NCBI GenBank assembly: GCA_965219535.1
Contig: CBDCNV010000001.1
Coordinates: 90,001-122,000 of the forward strand
Origin: Opitutales bacterium
Lineage (GTDB): Bacteria > Verrucomicrobiota > Verrucomicrobiia > Opitutales > PNEW01
Direction of reading: 5' to 3'
Length of the DNA stretch: 32,000 nt
Position numbers and translations under genes: made by a program. Shown piece after piece: positions 24,951-32,000 of the stretch (its first letter is position 1; each line of letters begins with the position of its first letter). The notes under the pieces were generated by a model that made no database searches, was not told the origin of the DNA, and saw nothing but the letters and a program-made list of their open reading frames with translations.

Positions 24951-26111
24951 ATGGCTGACCCAATTATAACGAGCTTGGAGATTCATCAATATGAATACTC
25001 GCTGAAAGATTTAGGTAAAGATTACAATGGCTTTAACCTCGTTTACACCCCCGGGAATTCTCAGAAAATGGGTGGATGTATCATCCGGATTCTCACCGAC
25101 AAAGATATTACGGGTGAATATGCTACGGGTAACCTGGCGGACCTTTCGACAATACCCATGTTCTGGCACTACTTGAAAGGAAAACCTGCGCTCCAGCGCG
25201 AGCGTATTTATGACGATGTCAAAAGGGCTTTACGTCAAATGGCTAGAATCGGCCTCGCCCAGGTTGACAATGCGCTGTGGGACATCGCGGGGAAATACTA
25301 TAACGCCCCGGTCCATGAACTATTAGGTGGCTATAAAACAAGCTTACCCTGCTATGCCAGCACCTATCACGGTGATGAAAACGGTGGCCTGGACTGCCCC
25401 GAAGCCTTTGCGGAATTCGCTATCAGGTGCAAAGAGATCGGCTACCCCGCATTTAAAATTCACGGTTGGGGGAATGCACCGGTAAAAAAGGAAATTGCCA
25501 ATGTTCTCTCCGTTCGCGAAGCGGTGGGGGCTGATATGGATTTAATGATAGATCCTGCCTGTGAGCTTACCACTTTCGGCGATGCGCTGAAGGTTGGCTG
25601 GGCGTGTGACGAGGCTAAATTTTTCTGGTACGAAGATCCCTTTAGAGATGGAGGCATCTCTCAGTTTGCGCACCGAAAACTTCGCCAATTAATAAAAACG
25701 CCCCTTCTTCTGACGGAGCATGTGCGCAGTCTCGAGCCGCATATGGATTTCGTGATCGCCGAGGCCACTGACTTTGTCCGTGGAGATGTAGGCTACGACG
25801 GAATAACCGGAGTAATGAAACTCGCGCACGCCGCCGAGTCCCTGGGAATAGATATCGAATTTCACGGGGCAAATCCGACAATAAGGCAATGCATGGCTTC
25901 TGTTCGCAATACAAACTACTACGAAATGGGCCTAGTCCATCCAAACGCACCCATCAGCCATGCCCCAGAATTATATTTAGACTATGACGACTCACTCGAA
26001 GCGGTCGATGAAAACGGCCATATCCCTGTTCCCAAAGGGCCCGGAATCGGGGTCGACATTAACTGGGACTGGATTAATGCTAATCGCACCAACCTTATTG
26101 TTTACGAATAA
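24951..26111 (+). CDS. Enolase-superfamily enzyme (mandelate racemase/muconate lactonizing family), probable acid-sugar dehydratase
   Basis: N-terminal capping-domain motif VDNALWDIAGKYYNAPVHELLGGY. Barrel metal-ligand-type positions MIDPA, WYEDPF and LLTEH. Confidence 0.8.
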   Translation: MADPIITSLEIHQYEYSLKDLGKDYNGFNLVYTPGNSQKMGGCIIRILTDKDITGEYATGNLADLSTIPMFWHYLKGKPALQRERIYDDVKRALRQMARIGLAQVDNALWDIAGKYYNAPVHELLGGYKTSLPCYASTYHGDENGGLDCPEAFAEFAIRCKEIGYPAFKIHGWGNAPVKKEIANVLSVREAVGADMDLMIDPACELTTFGDALKVGWACDEAKFFWYEDPFRDGGISQFAHRKLRQLIKTPLLLTEHVRSLEPHMDFVIAEATDFVRGDVGYDGITGVMKLAHAAESLGIDIEFHGANPTIRQCMASVRNTNYYEMGLVHPNAPISHAPELYLDYDDSLEAVDENGHIPVPKGPGIGVDINWDWINANRTNLIVYE

Positions 26112-26135
26112 TCGGAGAGATTTTAATCAATCAAG

Positions 26136-27362
26136 ATGGCGCTGCGTTTTCTAATCTGTATTACCTGCACTTTATTCCCTTCGTTAGCGTTAATGGGTGT
26201 TCTGGAAACATCATCACCCCGGAAAAACAATGCTTCTCTTATTGAAAATTCACCCAGGAATAAATCCATCATTAAAAGCAAGGGAGCAAACCAAGTGGAT
26301 ACCATCCTCCAACGCGTAAGCGATTACTCATTTCAAAGGATAGAAGACGGCTTCTCTTTTGATAACGGGAGCGATGAGCATGGCGTTGCCGACCTTAGTG
26401 ACACCTCCTGGCGCGTTCGATTATTAGTGGTTCGCGAACTTGTTCGTTTAGGTGAATCCGCCATTCCTCAACTGATAGCCCGCCTGGAAGATAATAATTC
26501 CCATGTTCGCGAGTTGTGCGCGATGGTGCTGGGTATTCTCGAGGCATCAGATGCCAATCAAGCACTTATTAAAAGGCTGCAGGAGGACCCGGATTCCGTT
26601 GTTCGCACCCAGGCTGCTTCCGCACTCGGTCAGATTGGGTTGTATGAGTCTTTAACGGTGTTAGAAGAAACAATGAAAACTGATTCCAGTCGGGACGTAA
26701 TACCTCAATGTGAAATGTCGATCACCCAGATTGAAAATAATATTAAATCCGCCCCAAACCTTGCGGCCTCTTATCGTTCACTCGACGAATCAAAATTTAA
26801 CAGCGTTCAAGTAAATCAACCCGCGGTTGATTTTGAATTAAAAGACACGAACGGAAAATCCTGGCGCCTTTCCGATTTTAAAGGAGAAAAAACTGTCGTC
26901 CTGATCTGGGTATTCGCTGACTGGTGCCCGGTCTGTCATAATGAATTTCATGAATTAATCGAACTGGAAAAAGAATATGCCCGCGCGGATATCCAGGTTT
27001 TTACCTTGGAATGCCACGACCGTTTTCGTTGCCGGGTGATGACGGGTCAGGAAAAAAAGCCCCACTACTGGTTTAAGAAAAAACCATTCATAGATCAGTA
27101 TCCCGAAAAAATCTGGTGGCCGCATCTAGTTGATCTCGCGGGCGCGGTGGGCGCAACCTACGGCGTCGATCCCATGGAATTTGTCGTCCATTCGGAATGG
27201 ATTAATCGTCCATCGACAGTCATCGTGGATAAAAGCGGCATCGTACGTTTTGCCTACTACGGTACCTTCTGGGGCGATCGGCCCACGATTGAGCAAACGC
27301 TCGAGATGGTCCACTCTGAAGATTATCAGTTTGAGCATCCCGAGCGAAGGAAAATGCCTTAA
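26136..27362 (+). CDS. Exported fusion of a HEAT-repeat domain and a TlpA/ResA-like thioredoxin-fold (WCxxC) domain
   Basis: Signal peptide MALRFLICITCTLFPSLALMG. HEAT repeats (WRVRLLVVRELVRLG, NSHVRELCAMVLG, DSVVRTQAASALGQIG). Redoxin domain with VVLIWVFADWCPVCHNEF. Confidence 0.75.
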   Translation: MALRFLICITCTLFPSLALMGVLETSSPRKNNASLIENSPRNKSIIKSKGANQVDTILQRVSDYSFQRIEDGFSFDNGSDEHGVADLSDTSWRVRLLVVRELVRLGESAIPQLIARLEDNNSHVRELCAMVLGILEASDANQALIKRLQEDPDSVVRTQAASALGQIGLYESLTVLEETMKTDSSRDVIPQCEMSITQIENNIKSAPNLAASYRSLDESKFNSVQVNQPAVDFELKDTNGKSWRLSDFKGEKTVVLIWVFADWCPVCHNEFHELIELEKEYARADIQVFTLECHDRFRCRVMTGQEKKPHYWFKKKPFIDQYPEKIWWPHLVDLAGAVGATYGVDPMEFVVHSEWINRPSTVIVDKSGIVRFAYYGTFWGDRPTIEQTLEMVHSEDYQFEHPERRKMP

Positions 27363-27397
27363 ATGAAGAAGGATCAATTCCGAGATTAGATTAAAGT

Positions 27398-27607
27398 AAT
27401 CTTCGTCTGCGTCCCTATGTTTTTTTAGGTGGAGCGGGCTGTCCCTAGCACGCTTCTTTAATTGCGACATTCTCAAACGCGCTAGGGACAGCGCGTTCCA
27501 CCTTATCGCATTGCCGAATAGATGGACTCCGCCTGGATTGCCGCGGTCGGCTGATAGCCTCCCTCGCAATGACAATAGGGACGATGACGAACAGGAAGAC
27601 GAAGATT
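27398..27607. repeat. Composite nested palindrome (family-3 outer arms, family-2 element R3 at 27428-27503, and the 33-nt unit)
   Basis: The outer arm aatcttcgtctgcgtccctat pairs with atagggacgatgacgaacaggaagacgaagatt. The inner arm ggtggagcgggctgtccctagcacgc pairs with gcgctagggacagcgcgttccacc. The element fills the convergent intergenic gap. Confidence 0.8.
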
Positions 27608-27652
27608 GATTTCCTATCATTACTCCTTACCTGCCCGGCTTACTTTTACTAA

Positions 27653-28744
27653 TCAGCCTGGTATCAATTCCAAGCAGACAGGCGCAGGAGCATCGACGAC
27701 ATGGCTGGTCGGAGTGAGGATACCTGTTTGTTGATCCCGACGAAAAGTTACAATCGTATCGGTGTCCTGATTGGCGGCCAATAACCAGTTGCCGGTTTGA
27801 TCGATCGCAAAGTTACGGGGGAACTTACCTTGTGTCGGCTCGTGACCTACTAGCTTTAGACTCCCCGTATCCTCATCGATTTCATAGATGACAAGGCTGT
27901 CGTGACCACGATTGGATCCATAGAGAAATTTACACGAGGGATCGATATGGAGATCAGCGCAATGATTGGTGCCATTAAAATCATCTGGAAGTGTGGACAG
28001 CGTCTGCACTTCACTCAGTTTGCCACTACTCTCATCATAATTGAAAGCGACCATCGTGGAATCGAGTTCATTAATCAAATAGGCATATTTACCATTGGGA
28101 TGAAAGGTAAAGTGGCGCGGCCCCGCCCCGGCTTTGCTTGAGAAGCACAACTCCTCATTCAGTTTCAATTTTCCCTTTGTCGAATCGAAAGAGTAAATTA
28201 AAACTTTATCCAGTCCAAGATCTGGTACGACAGCAAAAATATTATTGCGGTCTACATAAATCGAATGTGCATGGGCTTCCATTTGCCGTTCAGGATTTAC
28301 ACTCGAACCTTCGTGTTGAATGAATTCGGTGGCTTCACCGAGCTGTCCACCTTCCAGTATCGGAAGAACCGAGACGCTTCCTCCCCCGTAATTTGCGACG
28401 AGGACAAATTTTTCCGTCCTATCCAGAATAAGATGACAGGGCCCAGTCCCAACGGAAGATTTTTCATTTATTAATGTCAGCTCTCCCGTTGTCGAGTCGA
28501 TGGAATAAGCGCCTACCACCCCACATTCTTTCCCCTCGTATTCGTGTATTTCATAAATAGCATAGAGGGTGTGATGTTGCTTATTAATAGTCAGAAAGGT
28601 TGGATTATCTACACCCTTAACCTGGCTGGAAAATTTCAACTCCCCGGTTGATGCATCCATACGATAGACGTATAAGCCCTCACTCTTACCCGTGGTATAG
28701 GTTCCAACATAAACCCGCCACTCTTTTACTGAATTTGCATCCAT
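27653..28744 (-). CDS. Lactonase, 7-bladed beta-propeller (6-phosphogluconolactonase/YbhE-like family)
   Basis: The N-terminus WRVYVGTYTTGKSEGLYVYRMDASTGEL, the repeated blade pattern and the length (~360 aa) are typical of this family. Confidence 0.8.
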   Translation of the reverse strand: MDANSVKEWRVYVGTYTTGKSEGLYVYRMDASTGELKFSSQVKGVDNPTFLTINKQHHTLYAIYEIHEYEGKECGVVGAYSIDSTTGELTLINEKSSVGTGPCHLILDRTEKFVLVANYGGGSVSVLPILEGGQLGEATEFIQHEGSSVNPERQMEAHAHSIYVDRNNIFAVVPDLGLDKVLIYSFDSTKGKLKLNEELCFSSKAGAGPRHFTFHPNGKYAYLINELDSTMVAFNYDESSGKLSEVQTLSTLPDDFNGTNHCADLHIDPSCKFLYGSNRGHDSLVIYEIDEDTGSLKLVGHEPTQGKFPRNFAIDQTGNWLLAANQDTDTIVTFRRDQQTGILTPTSHVVDAPAPVCLELIPG

Positions 28745-28829
28745 GAATATTGCATCTCCTCTTTTAATTAAATTAAGAATTTAGAATTATGAATTAAAAA
28801 TTAATGATGTGAGAAAAGTGTCAATTGAC

Positions 28830-29570
28830 TTAATTCTGGCGCAAGAAGTCGTGCACTATCTCAGCGTAACCCTCTGTATAGTCCATCTCCAGGTAATGGG
28901 CGCCGTAGTACTCGAGCGGGGTAAAGTCCGAGAGATCATAAGTTGGCAGGGGATTAAACTGCACAACCCCATTCCCGGCCCGACACTGATGCACTTTAAC
29001 ATCGGTTGTCGTTTTTGAGAGTTCGATGATCTGCATAACGTCAGCCCCTTTCCCGTCCGCACGGGGGATCACTTTCAGTCGCCATGATGGCAGTAAATTG
29101 GGCAAGTCTTCAGGCGCAGCTGGCTGCTCCATCGTCGATCGCACACTCATGATTGATGTCCCCGCTAATAGAGTATCCGTGTGCATCACTCTTTCATCCA
29201 TCTCAACTTTGACGTCGGCAAAAACTTTTGGGGTACCATAAATTTCTCGTCCCGCTGGAATACTGCCGCGGGAATTCAGAAAGACGACAGGAGAAAAGTA
29301 CCCTACTTGTCCTTTATAAGTACACTTTACCGTCAAAATGCTCTCCTCAAACTTTCCGTAATTAGCCGACCAGGGAACAGTGAGCCCGGTCGCTATACAG
29401 TAACCATCTTCCGCTGCTTCGAAACACGCGGGCAGCACCCGATCAATAGCCGCGACATGGGCGCGAAAATAAACAAACTGAAAACGTGTGTTCCGGTAAG
29501 CGGCCGGGGGCATCGGATAATACGGCGAGTAGGCCGGCATATTAGCGATCTTATCGAGGGGAATAGTCAC
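28830..29570 (-). CDS. Acetoacetate decarboxylase (ADC)-family protein
   Basis: MPAYSPYYPMPPAAYRNTRFQFVYFRA is an N-terminal region typical of ADC-family proteins. GREIYGTPKVFADV carries the family's conserved Lys context. Confidence 0.75.
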   Translation of the reverse strand: MTIPLDKIANMPAYSPYYPMPPAAYRNTRFQFVYFRAHVAAIDRVLPACFEAAEDGYCIATGLTVPWSANYGKFEESILTVKCTYKGQVGYFSPVVFLNSRGSIPAGREIYGTPKVFADVKVEMDERVMHTDTLLAGTSIMSVRSTMEQPAAPEDLPNLLPSWRLKVIPRADGKGADVMQIIELSKTTTDVKVHQCRAGNGVVQFNPLPTYDLSDFTPLEYYGAHYLEMDYTEGYAEIVHDFLRQN

Positions 29571-29718
29571 TTTATGATCTATAAATTAATTTTTTAGCCA
29601 AACGACCCAATTAATGATAGGTATGGAGAGAGTAAAGAATGGGCTTTGCGGTTGCAAATGTAAATCGCATGATTCATTGATGGGATTTCGCATTTTAATA
29701 TTGCAGTTCGTTCTGAGT

Positions 29719-31029
29719 ATGACCCGTCCTAATATACTATATATTCATTCCCATGACACGGGGCGTTATGTTCAACCCTATGGGTACGCCATACCAACTC
29801 CCAATATTCAAAAGCTGGCGGAAGAGGGAATATTATTTCGACAGGCCTACTGTGCATCTCCCATGTGTTCACCCAGTCGAGCCGCTCTACTTACAGGACA
29901 AAGCCCACACAGTTGCGGTCAATTTGGCCTCGTAAACTGTGGTTTTCCACTACGCGATACCGAAAAGCATCTTGCCCACACCCTTAAAATAAATGGCTAC
30001 ACCACGGCATTATACGGGTTACAACATTTGCATTATGATCCAACGGTCCTCGGTTATGACCGCATTGTCGAAGCTCAGAAAAATGCCAGAATTATTGATG
30101 GAGTCCTTTATAAATACGATGCCGGACCGACGACCCAAGCGGCGATTGAATTTTTAAATGATAAATCCCAAGAACCCTTTTTTCTAACCGTGGGTTATTT
30201 TGAAACCCACCTGGACTTTCCAAAACTCGGCCCCAAAGACGATCCGCGCTATAGCCCCGTCCCGGCACCCCTCCCCGATACCCCGGGGACGAGAAAAGAG
30301 ATGGCTGGTTTCAAGGCCAGCGCAAAAATATTCGACGATAATATGGGGGCTGTGATCGACGCACTCGAGACAAACGGTTTGAAAGACAACACCCTGGTAA
30401 TTTGCACGACCGATCATGGCATTCCTTTTCCCGGGATGAAAAGGAGTCTGACTGGTCACGGCACGGGTGTGATGTTGATTATGCGCGGACCAGGAGGATA
30501 TTCGGGAGGGCGAGTGTCAGATTCCCTGATTTCACAGGTTGATATCTATCCTACCCTGTGCGAGTTACTAGAAATCGATCCTCCTGAATGGCTGGAAGGT
30601 AGATCCATGCTCCCGATTATTCGCAACGAAAAGGAAGAAATAAATGAGGAAGTATTTTATGAAGCAAACTACCAGGGAATCGACTACACGCCACAACGCG
30701 CGGTGCGCACCCGGCGCTGGAATTATATACGCATTTACGATCAACAGTCGAATATTGTTCAAGAGATGCTATATGATTTGATCTTGGATCCTAACGAGAG
30801 GCACAACATCGCCAATGAACCTTCCATGGGGAACACCCTTAAAGAAATGCAGGACCGCCTAAATCACTGGATGAATGAAACTGAAGACCCCTTGCTTCAG
30901 GGAAGCATACCCATACCCTTGGACTCCATAGCGGTTAATCCCGAGGACAAGGATTTGCTCGGTTTGGGAAAGTACCTCTACAATACTTTAAAATCCTGGG
31001 AAAATAGAATTCTGGTAGATAACCGTTAA
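29719..31029 (+). CDS. Sulfatase (formylglycine-dependent), apparently without a clear signal peptide
   Basis: MTRPNILYIHSHDTGRY and the active site SPMCSPSRAALLTGQ. The ATG at 29719 is preferred. The track's 29614 start adds 35 residues that are not conserved-looking. Confidence 0.85.
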   Translation: MTRPNILYIHSHDTGRYVQPYGYAIPTPNIQKLAEEGILFRQAYCASPMCSPSRAALLTGQSPHSCGQFGLVNCGFPLRDTEKHLAHTLKINGYTTALYGLQHLHYDPTVLGYDRIVEAQKNARIIDGVLYKYDAGPTTQAAIEFLNDKSQEPFFLTVGYFETHLDFPKLGPKDDPRYSPVPAPLPDTPGTRKEMAGFKASAKIFDDNMGAVIDALETNGLKDNTLVICTTDHGIPFPGMKRSLTGHGTGVMLIMRGPGGYSGGRVSDSLISQVDIYPTLCELLEIDPPEWLEGRSMLPIIRNEKEEINEEVFYEANYQGIDYTPQRAVRTRRWNYIRIYDQQSNIVQEMLYDLILDPNERHNIANEPSMGNTLKEMQDRLNHWMNETEDPLLQGSIPIPLDSIAVNPEDKDLLGLGKYLYNTLKSWENRILVDNR

Positions 31030-31055
31030 AAAGAAAAAGAGGAGAAGAAAATATT

Positions 31056-31670
31056 ATGAAAATTATTGCAGTCGGATGTGAGTACACGGGAGTGACGAGC
31101 TTATGTGATGGTCTCATGGACTGGGGAAATAAACGCGGAATTAAATTTCATCTCGATGATCATTTTACCATCCCTGACAAACAACACCTGGCTCCTGAAG
31201 ATCAGGTAGCTGTTACAAACTTCTCTCCAGCCCTTAAGCAGAGGTGGCAGCAAATGCAAAATGTCTACCACGTTCGCCTCATAAATATACTAGATCATAT
31301 TCTTTTAGGAGGATTTCACATTGAAGAAGAAGTTTATGGTCCCCTTTACTATTACCCGGGAAAAAAAGTGAGCGGCTCACGGCAATTTGAATCGGAGATG
31401 CCTGAAGAGAGCATGGTTGTGCATTTAACAGCGCGCCCTGAGGTCATTGAATCGCGCATGGAATCCCAACCTCACGAATTTAATTTGATAAAAAAAGAGG
31501 ATATTCCGATGCTGCTCGATCGGTTCAAAGAAGAAGTCAACAATTCCTGGTTGATGAAAAAAATAGAGATCGATACTTCTGACTTGAGTCCTGATCAACT
31601 CGTTCAGACCTTCCTCGCAAAAGCTCATCCCCTAATGAGTGCGCGTGATCTTTTAATCACGGCTGAGTAG
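31056..31670 (+). CDS. Hypothetical protein with a degenerate P-loop-like N-terminus
   Basis: MKIIAVGCEYTGVTSL resembles the strand plus Walker-A start of small P-loop kinases, but the Lys position is Val. An AGAGGAG-type RBS-like purine run lies upstream (aaaagaggagaag). Confidence 0.5.
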   Translation: MKIIAVGCEYTGVTSLCDGLMDWGNKRGIKFHLDDHFTIPDKQHLAPEDQVAVTNFSPALKQRWQQMQNVYHVRLINILDHILLGGFHIEEEVYGPLYYYPGKKVSGSRQFESEMPEESMVVHLTARPEVIESRMESQPHEFNLIKKEDIPMLLDRFKEEVNNSWLMKKIEIDTSDLSPDQLVQTFLAKAHPLMSARDLLITAE

Positions 31671-31894
31671 TAATTTTAAAAATAATTATCCATTATTAAG
31701 TGCTATGTCTGAATTAAATCGGGTAAGGATTAATTCATGGTCACCATTAGTTGGGTCTTCATTTAATCTACTTAATCATCCAGTTAGGGCAGGCAGCCCT
31801 GGAGGGGCCGATGAAGTTATCAATGTCACGCAATAAGATGTGAGGAATATAAAATCGAACGAAGAAAGGAAGATTTTTAGAAAGCATAGATGAA

Positions 31895-32000
31895 ATGTAC
31901 GTAGGCACACAGTACTTCGGAACAGCGAAAAAAGAAATGGAATTTCTGGTCCGCCATGGGGTGACGCATTTCGACGCCGCAGTCGATGGGATGGATGTGG
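31895..32000 (+). CDS. 5' end of an unidentified CDS running off the window
   Basis: The frame is open from the ATG at 31895 (MYVGTQYFGTAKKEMEFLVRHGVTHFDAAVDGMDV). It is too short to assign. Confidence 0.3.
   Translation, partial: MYVGTQYFGTAKKEMEFLVRHGVTHFDAAVDGMDV

Noticed and set aside
27126-27620. The 164-aa minus-strand ORF, and the 78-aa plus-strand ORF at 27130..27366.
   Set aside because: The first overlaps the 3' end of the well-supported HEAT-TlpA gene and then reads through the palindromic repeat, giving low-complexity SSSSCSSSS and basic stretches. Both look like artefacts of repeat and antisense sequence.
31705-31836. A 43-codon ORF (MSELNRVRINSWSPLVGSSFNLLNHPVRAGSPGGADEVINVTQ*) in the gap after the P-loop-like gene.
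   Set aside because: It has no RBS-like sequence, no recognisable motif and no supporting context, and it is too short to call from sequence alone.
1-32000. A search for CRISPR arrays, tRNA/rRNA genes and obvious riboswitch-like leaders.
   Set aside because: No regularly spaced short direct repeats with unique spacers were found, and no cloverleaf-like or rRNA-like sequence. The repeats present are irregularly spaced palindromic or junction elements.

Overview
The window looks like a marine PVC-type (Verrucomicrobiota-like) chromosome; this placement is an inference from gene content (PEP-CTERM protein, several formylglycine-type sulfatases, DUF5069, membrane-anchored sugar-binding proteins). 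No rRNA, tRNA or CRISPR array was seen. The window has two parts. Positions 1 to about 12.7 kb are a mosaic accessory region. It holds two paralogous GNAT genes, a RAYT-type (IS200-like, HUH/Y1) transposase bracketed by 27-bp hairpin-containing inverted repeats, a PhoD phosphatase, an atypical LanC-like protein, an orphan gene fusing a substrate-binding protein to an ABC permease, a Yip1 membrane protein, two small orphan genes and at least three gene remnants (adenylate cyclase, sulfatase, MFS). Five same-orientation copies of a roughly 65-nt repeat with no recognisable family punctuate this region and split it into cassette-sized modules. Positions 12.7 to 32 kb are more ordinary. They carry sulfatases, a methyltransferase, a PEP-CTERM protein, a CUT1-type sugar ABC importer operon with tandem-duplicated binding proteins and no ATPase, and a divergent or convergent cluster (mutarotase-like protein, enolase-superfamily dehydratase, HEAT-TlpA fusion, lactonase, acetoacetate-decarboxylase-like protein, sulfatase) that suggests sulfated-sugar or sugar-acid catabolism. 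Several intergenic regions are filled by nested palindromic REP/BIME-like repeat families. The best novelty candidate is the repeat-delimited cassette array together with the RAYT unit. It does not meet canonical attC criteria and needs computational testing.
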